DNA of 64,000 bases from Capsulimonadaceae bacterium (GCA_965215505.1 OZ244065.1:3200001-3264000); one strand, 5' to 3'; shown: positions 37,529 through 48,856, counted from the first letter of the stretch. Program-made: numbers and translations. Notes: a model not told the origin generated them from the sequence alone.

Positions 37529-38539
37529 CTACATGCCGCCGCCGCCGGCTCCGGCGGGGGTCGCCGTGCCGGAGGGCGTGGTCGGCGGGGCCTGAACGCC
37601 GCCGGTCGTCTGGTCAGTGGGCGCGTTCCGATTGACGTTGTCGGCTGCGGCCGGATTGGCCGAGCCAGACTGCGAGGGCGGCGCGGTGCTGGTCGCGGCG
37701 GCGGGGTTGCCTTCCACCTCCGGCGTGATCGGGGCGGGCGAGTTGGAGACGCTGCCGCCGCGCACCGACGACCCACCGGCCGTGCCGGTGGTCGAGCCGG
37801 AAGGCGACTTGCCGGCCCCGGACATCCCACCGTTCGCGTCCGGCTGGGTCATGCCGGGCGGCGTCGCGAGTTGGGCGGTCGTCGTGTCCGTGCCCTGAGT
37901 CGGCATGTTCCAGGTCAGGCTCAAGACGTAGGCGATCACTTCCTGGATCTCATGCTCACTCAGCGTGTTCTCCCAGCGCGGCATGGCTGTGCCGTGGACG
38001 CCGTAGTGCAGGCTGGTGTTGATACGCTGGTAGTTCAAGGTCTCGCGCATGAACGGCCCATCGTGCAGGTTGCGCGGCTTGGGGTTCAGCGAGGAGGCAT
38101 TGACGCCGTTGCCGTCCTGGTTCGGCCCGTGGCAGCCGATGCAGTAGCTCTGGTAAATCTTGGGGCCGCTGCTGCCGGTCGCCGAAGCCAGCGACTCGCC
38201 GCCGAGGAATGGCACGAGTTGGGTCATGTCGGCCTGCTTGGCGCTATTGCCGACGGCGGCCTGCGTGTTGAGCTGGCTCTGGATAGAGGCCAGGCTCTCC
38301 GCCGAGCCACTCGTCGGCTTGAAGCCGCCGCCGACCTTGGGGCCTAATGCGCCGCCGACGAACAGGTAGATGAGGGCGGCGGCGATCACCGTCCCCCACA
38401 GGACGTACAGCAGGGGGCTGACGCGCGTGTTCTCCAGCTCCTTGACTTCGCCGCCGGAGTAGTAGTGAAAGCCGGGCCGCTGCGGGTCCGTCTCGTTCGC
38501 CGGGTCCGCTTCGGGGCCGGATTTGTACGACTGTGCCAT
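37529..38539 (-). CDS. Membrane-anchored monoheme cytochrome c with low-complexity tail (CcoP-like position)
   Basis: TM helix, CIGCH, GTAMPRW. Confidence 0.85.
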   Translation of the reverse strand: MAQSYKSGPEADPANETDPQRPGFHYYSGGEVKELENTRVSPLLYVLWGTVIAAALIYLFVGGALGPKVGGGFKPTSGSAESLASIQSQLNTQAAVGNSAKQADMTQLVPFLGGESLASATGSSGPKIYQSYCIGCHGPNQDGNGVNASSLNPKPRNLHDGPFMRETLNYQRINTSLHYGVHGTAMPRWENTLSEHEIQEVIAYVLSLTWNMPTQGTDTTTAQLATPPGMTQPDANGGMSGAGKSPSGSTTGTAGGSSVRGGSVSNSPAPITPEVEGNPAAATSTAPPSQSGSANPAAADNVNRNAPTDQTTGGVQAPPTTPSGTATPAGAGGGGM

Positions 38540-38629
38540 GAATGAATCCTTGCTAGCGCCTCAAAGGAAGGCCAGGCGAGAGAAAGGGGGCCAATACACC
38601 CCGGAAAGTGGGCGCGATGAATCGCGCCC

Positions 38630-40417
38630 CTATTGCTGGTCTTTGTAATCCGCCGGCAGGTCCTGGTCGGGCGAGACGGGCCGGGCGGTGGACTTGGACG
38701 GGCGCAGGGAACCGTCGTACAGGGACAGGGCCGCGCGCTGCGAGTTCGAGAACGGGAAGATGGGCATGATGGAGCCGGGCACGAAGGCCTGCGGGTTCTT
38801 GTAATGCTCCACCATCCACTTCTGCGAGTGGCGCGTCCCTTCCCAGGACAGCTCGGGGCCGGCGACGCCGCCCTTGCCGAACTTGGGGTCGCCGGTCTGG
38901 TGCGGCTTGTCCGGGTTGCCGATGTAGTGGCAGGAGTAGCAGCCGGACTGCTCGAAGACCTGCTTGCCTGCCGCCGCCGTCAGCGGCACCTCGGCGGGCC
39001 GGGCGATGTTGTAGGCCGCGATGGTGCTGAAGCGGCTGGCCTGGCTGTCGGCGTAGTTCTGGCCGGTCTGCGAGTCTACAAAGGTGACGAGCGCGTCCAC
39101 ATCCGCCTGCCGCGTGGCGTCGGCGATGTAGCCGTGCTGGCGCAGGGTCGTTGCGATGTCTTCCTCATAGTCCGGGTTGATTTGGCCCTTGACCGGCTCG
39201 ACGGCGACCGGCGCGAGTTTAGCGGTCTGGGCGCGCTTGTCCACGATCTCGGTCTGGCGGACCGGGTCGGTGTCGTCCGTGTTGTTCGCGCGGAAGGCGA
39301 AAAAGTACGGCATGACGCAGGAGGCGACCTTGTAGCGCGGGTCCCAGATCTGGTGCGCGATGGCCGTCGTGCCGCCCGCCGCCCGGCCCTCGTAGGTCAG
39401 CTCGGGGCCGACGTTGCCCTTGGAGAAGCCCTCGATCTTGTGGCAGCCGTAGCAGGCCTGTGCCTTGAACAACTGCTCGCCCCGCGCGATGGTCGCCATC
39501 TGCGGCTGGTTCGCCACATAGTTCACGGCCGCCGCCGTCAGGTGGTTCTTGGGGTCGGCGACATACGCCTGCACTTCGTCCTCGGACACGTCCTGGCCGT
39601 CGAGCAGCTTGATGATGCGCGAGGCGGACAGGGGGGCCTGGTAGCCGATGGCGAAATTGGTGGAGTCGTACTGGGCGTGGCACTGGGCGCAGGCCGCCTC
39701 CATGTACTTCGCGGGCAGCATCGGCGTCTGCGACATCTCCGGGTTGCCGTGGGCGGCGTCCTGGATCAGCTCGCGGCCCGTGCCGTAGTGGCAGGTGGTG
39801 CAGCCGAAGGTCGGGAAGGGGTGCTGCTTGAGGTTGATCTTCTGGTACTGGTAGTCCTTGGTGTCCGCCTCGGTGACGCTGGCCTCGGTCGCGATGCCGT
39901 AGGTGAAGTTCGGCCCGTGGATGACGCCGAGGTCGCGCGACTGGTCCCCCGCCTCGATGCGGATGCCGGGGTGCGCGCCCAATGTCTTGATCAGTTCCAG
40001 CGTGTCCTTGTGCGCGGGGTCATTCAGATAGGCGGCAAGGTCGGCCGTCTGGACCGTCTTGTGGTCCACGGTCGCGATGATCTTCTCGGCCGTCATGCTG
40101 GGGTTGGCGAGGCCGACGTGGCAGGACTGGCAGCGGTCCACGCGCTGCTGCTCGGTGCCGTCCGCCTTGATGAGCGGGAACTGGAGGACGGTGACCTGCT
40201 TGACCTCCTCGGCGGCATTGAGGGCGGCTTCCTTGACGGCGTCGCTCTGGGCAAGGTCGGCGGAGATGGTACGGTAGTGGCCCTGCCAGTAGCGGAAATC
40301 GGGCGTGTCCGCGTTCTGATTGTTCCAGGTTGCTTTGTAAAGGGTGAAACCCACAAGTAACAGCAACGCGACGCTCCAGAAGGCGAACTTGGAGACCATT
40401 GACTTGAAGCCAAACAT
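38630..40417 (-). CDS. Pentaheme cytochrome c
   Basis: CQSCH, CTTCH, CAQCH, CYGCH, CYSCH; N-terminal TM helix. Confidence 0.88.
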   Translation of the reverse strand: MFGFKSMVSKFAFWSVALLLLVGFTLYKATWNNQNADTPDFRYWQGHYRTISADLAQSDAVKEAALNAAEEVKQVTVLQFPLIKADGTEQQRVDRCQSCHVGLANPSMTAEKIIATVDHKTVQTADLAAYLNDPAHKDTLELIKTLGAHPGIRIEAGDQSRDLGVIHGPNFTYGIATEASVTEADTKDYQYQKINLKQHPFPTFGCTTCHYGTGRELIQDAAHGNPEMSQTPMLPAKYMEAACAQCHAQYDSTNFAIGYQAPLSASRIIKLLDGQDVSEDEVQAYVADPKNHLTAAAVNYVANQPQMATIARGEQLFKAQACYGCHKIEGFSKGNVGPELTYEGRAAGGTTAIAHQIWDPRYKVASCVMPYFFAFRANNTDDTDPVRQTEIVDKRAQTAKLAPVAVEPVKGQINPDYEEDIATTLRQHGYIADATRQADVDALVTFVDSQTGQNYADSQASRFSTIAAYNIARPAEVPLTAAAGKQVFEQSGCYSCHYIGNPDKPHQTGDPKFGKGGVAGPELSWEGTRHSQKWMVEHYKNPQAFVPGSIMPIFPFSNSQRAALSLYDGSLRPSKSTARPVSPDQDLPADYKDQQ

Positions 40418-40479
40418 GAGGTGTTTCTATCTACGCCGCTCACACTCAGGGGCGGCGCTCGGGAAGTCAGGGAAAGGCG

Positions 40480-41019
40480 TTACTGCACTTCCGGCGGCAT
40501 GTTGCCGGGCCAGTACCAGTTCCAGTTCGGGCCGCGGAAGTACTGGCCGATGATGATCAGCACGACGACCGCGATGACGTAGAGCGTCCACAGCGCGCAG
40601 GCAGTTCGGCGGCTCTTGGCGAACCAGCGCCCGATGCCGCTGTGGTGCCGGTCCACATAGGGGATCGCCATCAGGCCGATGACGACCAGGCCGGGGATGC
40701 CCAGGCCGCCCCAGAAGGCGTCATAGGCGACCAGCTCCTGGAGGCCCAGGAAGTACCAGGGCGCTTTGGCCGGGTTCGGCGGCTTCAGCGGGTTCGCTTC
40801 CAGCTCTAGTGGCGGCGGCTTGAAGACGCACAAAGCGAGGATGATGGCGAAGCAGGCCGCAAACAGGGCCGCCTCACGAATCAGGAGGTGCGGCCAGGAC
40901 GAAACCATGTCGTCCGGCCCCCGGTCCACGCGCGTGGACGACCCCTTGACCAGCTCCATCAGGCCGTAGGTCTTGTTGGGGTTGCGCGGGAAGATCTCTT
41001 CTTCTCGGATACGTTTCAT
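40480..41019 (-). CDS. Cytochrome b/b6 subunit IV-like
   Basis: WPHLL, ANP, AKAPWYFLGLQEL, IPYVD. Confidence 0.88.
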   Translation of the reverse strand: MKRIREEEIFPRNPNKTYGLMELVKGSSTRVDRGPDDMVSSWPHLLIREAALFAACFAIILALCVFKPPPLELEANPLKPPNPAKAPWYFLGLQELVAYDAFWGGLGIPGLVVIGLMAIPYVDRHHSGIGRWFAKSRRTACALWTLYVIAVVVLIIIGQYFRGPNWNWYWPGNMPPEVQ

Positions 41020-41042
41020 AGTGGTTTAGAGTGCTTCTAGGA

Positions 41043-41230
41043 ACCCACCCCGCGACAAGTCGCTTCCCCTCCCGAAACGGGAGGGGCGGCGGGAGGGTTG
41101 TCGGGAGATTCCGTCTTCTTGACTGCGCCTTTTAACGGGAATGCCACACGGTCATCCCGCCAGACCTTCCGATCACCTTCTCAGCCCCCCCTCACGTCTC
41201 GGGAGGGGAAGCGACTTGTCGCGGGGTGGA
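41043..41230. repeat. REP-like inverted doublet inside the respiratory operon
   Basis: CCACCCCGCGACAAGTCGCTTCCCCTCCCGA ... TCGGGAGGGGAAGCGACTTGTCGCGGGGTGG. Confidence 0.75.
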
Positions 41231-41251
41231 TTCGGGAGGTCTAGAGATTGC

Positions 41252-42169
<918 letters not shown>

Positions 42170-42212
42170 GGCGCTTGCTTTCTCTCTAGTCTTCGAGACG
42201 CGGGAGGGCTTC

Positions 42213-42692
42213 TCAGACCACCGTATAATAGTGGCCGGGATCGCCGAACTTCTTGCTCTTGTCTACTTCCAGATCGCCGCTCGGGGTCAGGGCGATGTCG
42301 AACCAGTACAAGGCGATCTGCGCGGGGCCGTGGGTGACGTTGCCCATGTCATCGTACTTGGAGCCGTGGCAGGGGCAGTCGTAGCCGGTCGGCGAGGCGG
42401 CGACGGTGCAGCCGAGGTGCTGGCAGACCATCGAGATCGCGCCAAGCTTCTCGCCGTGCCGGATGATCGAGACCTTCTGGTCGGCGATGTTCTGCTTGGC
42501 CCCGTCGGGGAAGTTGGTGGGCTTGCCGATGGAGAACTTGGAGGGGGGGCCGTAGGAGACGTTCGGCCAGAAGAATTTGCCGAAGATGCCCAGAGCACCC
42601 ACCGACCCGACCCCGATCAGGCCCCACGTCGAGAGGGATAGAAAATTACGCCGCGTCAGCTCCTGCTTCTCGCGGTCATAGTTGATTGCCAT
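42213..42692 (-). CDS. Rieske 2Fe-2S subunit (Tat exported)
   Basis: TRRNFL, CQHLGC, CPCHGS. Confidence 0.93.
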   Translation of the reverse strand: MAINYDREKQELTRRNFLSLSTWGLIGVGSVGALGIFGKFFWPNVSYGPPSKFSIGKPTNFPDGAKQNIADQKVSIIRHGEKLGAISMVCQHLGCTVAASPTGYDCPCHGSKYDDMGNVTHGPAQIALYWFDIALTPSGDLEVDKSKKFGDPGHYYTVV

Positions 42693-42723
42693 ACTTACTT
42701 CCTAGTGTCCCAGTCCAAGTGTC

Positions 42724-42870
42724 CTAGTCGTCCTCTTCGTCGCGGAAGACGATATACTTAGCGTCTTCGGCGTTCTCGAAGGCACCATTCTTGACGCCCC
42801 ATAGGAAGAAGATCAGGGCGATCATCCCCATGGTCCCGCCCGCGATCAGCAATGTCCAGATGCTCGCCAT
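42724..42870 (-). CDS. ccoS: cbb3 oxidase maturation protein CcoS
   Basis: TM helix then FLWGVKNGAFENAEDAKY. Confidence 0.8.
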   Translation of the reverse strand: MASIWTLLIAGGTMGMIALIFFLWGVKNGAFENAEDAKYIVFRDEEDD

Positions 42871-42918
42871 GGCCGCCTCCCTCCCGAATGAGTCTTCAGA
42901 GGCACTTTCGTTAGCATC

Positions 42919-42981
42919 ATTATACATTTGGGGGCGCGCGATTGTCAACAAAAATGGGGGGCATTGTGAAAATAATCGCGA
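42919..42981 (-). promoter_or_regulatory. Consensus promoter TTGACA-N18-TATAAT of the respiratory operon with upstream CRP/Rex-like site
   Basis: Exact hexamers at 42943-42948 and 42919-42924; TTGTGAAAATAATCGCGA at 42964-42981. Confidence 0.7.
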
Positions 42982-43055
42982 AGTCACGTTACCGCCCGGC
43001 GCGGGCTGGGTAGGACTACCGGTGAGGTTGTGCGGTGAGTCTGAATGAGGCGATC

Positions 43056-43877
43056 ATGCATACGAATGAACAGCGGCAAGACGGCGTTACCGTGGAGCGC
43101 CTGACCCACCCGGAGGCGTGCGAGGGGGATGAATGGCCCGCGCTGCCGACCCACTTCCTTTCGGTCAACCTCGCCCGCCCGGTCCAACTCGCCCAGCGGC
43201 GGGGTGCGCTGACGCGGGAACACCTGTTCCTGCCCGGAGAGTTCCTGCTGATGCCCGCCCACACGCCCAGCCGGTGGCAGTGCGCCGGGGCGACCGAAAC
43301 CCTCTTCCTCCGGGTGCGGCCACAAGCCCTGGAGCGGGTGGCGGCGGGCTGCGGCGTGGTGCCGGAGTCCGTCGAGTTACTTCCCACCTTCGGCACCCGC
43401 GATCCGCGCGTCTTCCAGATCGCCGAGACGCTGGAGGCGGAGATGCGCGGCGGCAGCCTGGGCGGGCGGCTGTACGCGGACACTTTGGCGATCCAGCTCT
43501 CCCTCCACCTGCTGCGCCGCTACTCGGCGCTTGCGTCCCCCGCCCCGGACGCCCCGGACCCTCTCCCCCGACCGGCCCTGCGCCGCGCCATCGAGTTCCT
43601 CCACGAACACATGGAGCGTGAGGTCACTCTCTCGGAACTCGCGGAAGCGGCGGGCCTGAGCGACGCCCACTTCGCGCGGCAGTTCAAGCGGTCGGTCGGG
43701 CTGGCCCCGCACCAATACCTGATCCACTGCCGCGTCGAGGCGGCCAAGGCCTTGCTGTCGTCCGGCGCGCTGCCCGTCGGCGAAGTCGCCCACCGTGTCG
43801 GCTTCGGCAGCCAGAGCCACCTGAGCCGCCACTTCAAGCGCCTCGTCGGCGTCACCCCCAAGCGATTCATGGGCTGA
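43056..43877 (+). CDS. AraC family regulator
   Basis: LSELAEAAGLSDAHFARQFK, VGFGSQSHLSRHFKR. Confidence 0.92.
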   Translation: MHTNEQRQDGVTVERLTHPEACEGDEWPALPTHFLSVNLARPVQLAQRRGALTREHLFLPGEFLLMPAHTPSRWQCAGATETLFLRVRPQALERVAAGCGVVPESVELLPTFGTRDPRVFQIAETLEAEMRGGSLGGRLYADTLAIQLSLHLLRRYSALASPAPDAPDPLPRPALRRAIEFLHEHMEREVTLSELAEAAGLSDAHFARQFKRSVGLAPHQYLIHCRVEAAKALLSSGALPVGEVAHRVGFGSQSHLSRHFKRLVGVTPKRFMG

Positions 43878-43998
43878 AAAATTTCGCGGGTGAGCAGGAA
43901 CAGCCCCAAAAGCGCAGGAACGGTGTAGACGGCGCGGCGCGGAACCGCGCATACTCTTCGCCATCTCACGCACACCCGAAGACGAAGGAGAATCCCCG

Positions 43999-44424
43999 AT
44001 GAAGACCGACAGCCTGCGCCTTAATTCGCTTTCCCAAGACGCCTACGCCTGGTATCTGTCCTACCTCACCGCTCTGGACGCCAAGGACGTCGCGGGCTAC
44101 GGGGCATTCCTGGCGGAGAACTGCGTGATGCGGTTCAACAATGCCTCCGCCGTTGAAGGCAAGGCCGCCGTGCTGGACGGCCTCGGCCAGTACTGGCAGA
44201 CCTTCGGCACGCTGGAACACGACCTGCTCAACATCTACGGGACGGACGCGGCCTTCGCCCTGGAAGCCCTGAACCATTATACGCGCCTGGACGGCGGGCC
44301 GGTGACCCTGCGCGCCGTCGCCTTCACCGACCGGGACGCGCAGGGCCTGGTCACTTCGTTCCGGCTCTACACGGACACCGCGCCCCTGTTCGGCGGGGGG
44401 AACCAGGGAACCGGCGCGGCATGA
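43999..44424 (+). CDS. SnoaL/NTF2-like protein
   Basis: ALDAKDV...FLAENCVMRFNN...EGK; AAGGAG RBS. Confidence 0.8.
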   Translation: MKTDSLRLNSLSQDAYAWYLSYLTALDAKDVAGYGAFLAENCVMRFNNASAVEGKAAVLDGLGQYWQTFGTLEHDLLNIYGTDAAFALEALNHYTRLDGGPVTLRAVAFTDRDAQGLVTSFRLYTDTAPLFGGGNQGTGAA

Positions 44425-44509
44425 CCAGGAACCCCGCCCCCATCCAGTGCGTTCAGAAAACAGGCGGCCCTTCAACCACAGGCCCGCCGCTTTAGAAACG
44501 AGACGCCCA

Positions 44510-46150
44510 ATGGCCGACCGCCCCGCCGACCGGCGGCGTGACCCCGATCCTGCCGAAGACACCACGAAAGACGGCCATCAGACCGAACACGACGCGCCCG
44601 ACCCGAACCGCTGGTTCATCCTGGTCGGTCTGGTCCTGTCGGTCATCATGGAGGCCCTGGACACCACCATCATCAACGTCGCCCTGCCGCAGATGGGCGG
44701 CAACCTGGGCGCGACGCCCAATGAGATCGGCTGGGTGTCTACGGGCTACATCCTGGCCGTCGTCACCGTCCTGCCGATCACCGCCTGGCTCGCCGCCCGG
44801 TTCGGGCGCAAGCGGTATCTGGTGACCTCGGTCCTGGTATTCATAGTGGCATCTTTCTTCTGCGGCACGAGTCACAGCCTGGGCCAGCTCGTCTTCTGGC
44901 GCGTCTTGCAGGGGGCCGGCGGCGCGGCCCTGCTCTCGACGGCCCAGGCGACCCTGCTGGAGATCTTCCCGCAGAGCCAGCAGGGCATGGTCCAGTCCAT
45001 CCTCGGGCTGGGCGTCGTGGTCGCGCCCGCCCTGGCCCCGATGCTGGGCGGCTGGCTGACCGACAACTACACCTGGCCCTGGGTGTTCTTCGTCAACCTG
45101 CCCATCGGGCTGGTCGCCGCCGTCATCGTGGTGACCTTCCTCAAGGACTCCAAGTTCGGCGGGGCAGGGGCGGCGGGCCGGGTGGACTGGGCCGGGATGG
45201 CCCTGCTGGCCGCCGGGCTGGCCTCCCTGCAATATGTTCTGGAGGAGGGGGAGCAGGACAACTGGTTCGCCAGCGTCCTGATCCTGCGTCTGGCGATCCT
45301 GTCCGCCGTCTGCCTGACCAGCCTGATCGCCTGGGAGCTGTCGCCCCGGAACTCCGCGCCCGTCATTGACCTGCGCGTCCTCAAAGACCGGAGCCTCGCG
45401 GGTGGGTCCCTGATCGGCATGGCGATGGGCTTCGGGCTGACCGGGGGCCTGTTCATCTTCCCGCTGTTCGTCCAGGGCATCCTGCACTTCACGCCCACCG
45501 AGACCGGCCTGGTCCTGCTGCCGGCGGGGCTTGCCATTGAGGTCGCCATCGTCGTCTGCGGGCTGACGCTCCAGAAGGGCATGGACCCGCGCCTCCTGAT
45601 TGCGGTCGGCATCGCGATCTTCATCTACGCCAACTGGGACCTGTCGCACCTGTCCAGCCTGAGCAGCGGCGCGAACACCATCCCCGGCCAGATCGAGCGC
45701 GGCCTGGGCATCGGCTTTCTGTTCATCCCCGTCACCGTCACGGCCTATGCCACTTTGAAGGGCGCGGCCATCGCGCAGGGGACGGCATTGTGGAACCTCT
45801 CGCTCCAGCTCGGCGGGTCGTTCGGCATCGCCGTCCTGAACACCTACGTCGTCAACATGACGCAGTTCCACCGGGCGAATCTGGTCACCAACCTTTACAG
45901 CGGCAGCCACGCCCTGGCCGACCGGCAGGCGGGCCTGACCCAGACCCTGACGGCGGGCGGCTACGGCTTGGCCCAGGCCAAATCCGGCGCGATGAGCCTG
46001 ATCGATCAGGCCGTCCAGGCCCAGGCGCAGACGCTGGCCTACAACAACGCCTTCCTGCTCATCGGCGTCGTGTTCATCCTCGTCTTCCCGGCCCTGTTCC
46101 TCTTGCAGAAGCCCAAGGGCGGCGGCCCACCGGCAGGGGCGGCGGTGTAA
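44510..46150 (+). CDS. DHA2 (EmrB/QacA) MFS efflux permease
   Basis: LDTTIINVALP, WVSTGY, RVLQGAGG, WPWVFFVNLPIG. Confidence 0.93.
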   Translation: MADRPADRRRDPDPAEDTTKDGHQTEHDAPDPNRWFILVGLVLSVIMEALDTTIINVALPQMGGNLGATPNEIGWVSTGYILAVVTVLPITAWLAARFGRKRYLVTSVLVFIVASFFCGTSHSLGQLVFWRVLQGAGGAALLSTAQATLLEIFPQSQQGMVQSILGLGVVVAPALAPMLGGWLTDNYTWPWVFFVNLPIGLVAAVIVVTFLKDSKFGGAGAAGRVDWAGMALLAAGLASLQYVLEEGEQDNWFASVLILRLAILSAVCLTSLIAWELSPRNSAPVIDLRVLKDRSLAGGSLIGMAMGFGLTGGLFIFPLFVQGILHFTPTETGLVLLPAGLAIEVAIVVCGLTLQKGMDPRLLIAVGIAIFIYANWDLSHLSSLSSGANTIPGQIERGLGIGFLFIPVTVTAYATLKGAAIAQGTALWNLSLQLGGSFGIAVLNTYVVNMTQFHRANLVTNLYSGSHALADRQAGLTQTLTAGGYGLAQAKSGAMSLIDQAVQAQAQTLAYNNAFLLIGVVFILVFPALFLLQKPKGGGPPAGAAV

Positions 46151-46174
46151 GCGGGGCAGCGAACTTATGACTGA

Positions 46175-46726
46175 CTACTGAGATTTTTTGTCCACGCGGC
46201 TGACCAGGACCAGGCCGACGACGAGCATCAGGATGCCGACGATGCTGACCAGCGTGCCCGCCGCGCTGTAGACGAACGGCAGCCCCATCTCGCCGGTCAG
46301 GGACGACTCGGCCCCGACCAGGAGCATCTTACGCACGATGGAGAGGATGGCGACGACCAGGAAGGCGCGGACGATGGCCCGGCTGCTGCGGTCGTGCAGG
46401 AAGATGACCGTCGTGTGCAGGACCTCCAGCAGGATGACCGCGAACAGGATGTTGCTGAGGAACTCGATGCTGCTGAGGATGAACAGGTCCACGGGGTGGC
46501 CGGCCGCCGCCGTCGTGGGCTGCGGGCGCAGGGCGGCGAGGGCATGCGGGAGTTGGGCGGCATAGGAGAAGCAGGCATACGCCAGCACCAGCACGGTCAC
46601 CAGGATCAGCAGAACGGCGACGGCGACGTGGGCCAGATCGCCCAGCAGGTTCAGCCCCCGCAGCGTGCCCACCGGGATGCTGCCCGCCTCCACCGGCGTC
46701 GTCTGCTCCTCCTCATAGTCTTCCAT
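46175..46726 (-). CDS. PsiE-like membrane protein
   Basis: ILLEVLHT, FLVVAILSIVRKML. Confidence 0.75.
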   Translation of the reverse strand: MEDYEEEQTTPVEAGSIPVGTLRGLNLLGDLAHVAVAVLLILVTVLVLAYACFSYAAQLPHALAALRPQPTTAAAGHPVDLFILSSIEFLSNILFAVILLEVLHTTVIFLHDRSSRAIVRAFLVVAILSIVRKMLLVGAESSLTGEMGLPFVYSAAGTLVSIVGILMLVVGLVLVSRVDKKSQ

Positions 46727-46888
46727 GGAGGCAGTGTACCTGATGAAGCCCCGTCATCGATGCCTACGGCGGATCGGGCGCGTTGTCGGCCTGGGCGGCG
46801 GGCCGCAGGCGGGAGCGGCGATGGTGAGGAGGCAGGAGAATCGGGGGGCGGTGTGGAAACAGCGCGAGTAGAAACAGCGCGAGCAGTC

Positions 46889-47238
46889 CCCGGCCCTGAA
46901 GGGCCGGTCTCCTCCCGGCTTCGCCGGTGGGCCGCCCGCTTCGGGGCTTCCGAACAGGCGTCCGGCAGGAGCTAGCGGCGTGGCGGGAGGAGAGGGCGCG
47001 TTGGGAACAGGAAGGGCACGGCAAGCGGTGCCCCTACGCGGCCCGGCGGGCATCACGCGGCCCGGCGGGCATCACGCGGCCCGGCGGGCATCACGCGGCC
47101 CGGCGGGCATCACGCGGCCCGGCGGGCATCACGCGGCCCGGCGGGCATCACGCGGCCCGGCGGGCATCACGTTGTCCGAAGCTCCGAAGGGGCGGCCCAC
47201 CGGCGAAGCCGGGAGGAGACCGGCCCTTCAGGGCCGGG
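46889..47238. repeat. 49-bp perfect inverted repeats enclosing a GTAG REP and a 7x19-bp perfect tandem array
   Basis: IR 46889-46937 / 47190-47238; ACGCGGCCCGGCGGGCATC x7 at 47036-47168. Confidence 0.9.
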
Positions 47239-47294
47239 CACGCCCGAAACAGGCAAACCACATGTCACGCTGCTGTGACTTCCGAGGAAATCCA

Positions 47295-48779
47295 TTGCAG
47301 ACACCCAAGCAGCGCGAACGATTTACAAGACAGGGCCGCGCCATCTGGCAGCGACGGCCCACACTTCTTCTCTTACTCATCCTCTGGGCATCCCTAGCCG
47401 TCTGTCTCCTCCCCTCCCCCGCCCGTGCCGACACGCTGGGCGATGCCCTAGACCACATCCTGAGCATCCCTGCACTTAAAGGCGGCATCGTGGGTGCGGT
47501 CGTGTTGCGGGCGGGCGACGGCCAGGTCCTCTATGCCCGCGAGGCGGACCGGCGGCTGATGCCCGCCTCCAACCGCAAGCTGTTCACGTCAGCCGCCGCG
47601 CTGGAAGTGCTGGGGGACGGGTTCACCTTCAAGACGGAAGCCCTGGCGACATCCAAACCGGACACGGATGGGACTCTGCACGGCGACCTCTGTTTGCGCG
47701 GCGTGGGCGACTCGCTGCTGTCCCCGGACGACATGGAGGAAATGGCGAAGGAGGTCGCGGCGGCGGGGGTGAAGCGCGTCGAGGGCCGCATCATCGGCGA
47801 CGGCGGCTACTTCACGGGCAGCCCGTATGGGGAGGGCTGGTCGTGGGACGACCTGCCCTACTACTACGCCGCCCAGGTCGCCGGGCTGGAGGTCAGCCGG
47901 GGCGTTCTGGCCGTCCATGTGACGGCGGGGGCGGCCGTCGGCGACCCGGTGCGGGTGACCGTGGACCAGCCGACCGCGTACCTGCCCCTCGTCGTCACGG
48001 CGACGACCGGCGACAAGAGCGCCGCCAACGACTGCGACATATCGCGGCCCTCGGGCAAGAACCTGCTCGTGGTCACCGGCACGGTCCCCCTAGGCGGCAA
48101 GGCCGACGGGCTAGTCACAGTCGAGGACCCCGCGTGTTATGCCGCCACGGTCTTCAAGGAGACTCTGGCACGTCATGGAGTATCGGTGACCGGCCCGGCG
48201 GTGAATGGGGCGCAGCCCGAGGCGGCGACGGTCCTGCTCGGGTCTCATACCAGCGTCCCCCTGTCCCTCTACATCGCCCGGATGAACAAGCCGAGCGACA
48301 ACCTGCTGGCGGAAAGCCTGGTCCGCACTCTGGGCGCGGTCAAGGGCAAGGCGGGGACTTACGGCGCGGGGCACGCGGTCGAGACGAGCTTCTTCAAGTC
48401 GCTGGGCCTGGACACGGCGGCGATTGACCTGGTGGACGGGTCGGGCCTTTCCCGGTTCGACCTGGTCACGCCCCGCGCCGTCACCGACCTCCTGCGCGCC
48501 ATGCACGGCAAGCCGGACTGGTCGGCCTACTACGACTCGCTGCCGATCGCGGGTGTGGACGGCTCACTTCGGAACCGCATGAAGGGGACGCCGGCCGCCG
48601 GCAATGTCCACGCCAAGACCGGCTCTTTGGGCGGCGTCAGCAGCCTGTCCGGGTACGTCACCGGCACGGGGGGCGGGTTGTACACCTTCTCACTGCTCAT
48701 GAACAACTATCCCGGCAGCGAGGCCGACGTCCATGCGGCCCAGGACAGGTTCGCCGTCGCGCTGGCCTCGCTGCCGTAG
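47295..48779 (+). CDS. dacB: D-Ala-D-Ala carboxypeptidase/endopeptidase (PBP4, S13); start uncertain
   Basis: PASNRK, KPSDN, DGSGLSR, AKTGSL. Confidence 0.9.
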   Translation: MQTPKQRERFTRQGRAIWQRRPTLLLLLILWASLAVCLLPSPARADTLGDALDHILSIPALKGGIVGAVVLRAGDGQVLYAREADRRLMPASNRKLFTSAAALEVLGDGFTFKTEALATSKPDTDGTLHGDLCLRGVGDSLLSPDDMEEMAKEVAAAGVKRVEGRIIGDGGYFTGSPYGEGWSWDDLPYYYAAQVAGLEVSRGVLAVHVTAGAAVGDPVRVTVDQPTAYLPLVVTATTGDKSAANDCDISRPSGKNLLVVTGTVPLGGKADGLVTVEDPACYAATVFKETLARHGVSVTGPAVNGAQPEAATVLLGSHTSVPLSLYIARMNKPSDNLLAESLVRTLGAVKGKAGTYGAGHAVETSFFKSLGLDTAAIDLVDGSGLSRFDLVTPRAVTDLLRAMHGKPDWSAYYDSLPIAGVDGSLRNRMKGTPAAGNVHAKTGSLGGVSSLSGYVTGTGGGLYTFSLLMNNYPGSEADVHAAQDRFAVALASLP

Positions 48780-48856
48780 AGGGCAGGACGACGTAAAGGG
48801 CAGGACAACCGCCGCCTGGCGTCGAACAGGACGTCAATCAGACTTTTGGAGGCACC

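Noticed and set aside
36755-40360. Long plus-strand ORFs of 530 and 575 aa
   Set aside because: Antisense shadows of the cytochrome genes, expected at high GC.
47036-47171. Possible CRISPR array
   Set aside because: The 19-bp units are contiguous with no spacers, and there are no cas genes in the window.
46980-47294. Repeat-encoded N-terminal extension of DacB
   Set aside because: It arises from the stop-free tandem array; the signal peptide and RBS point to a start near 47295.
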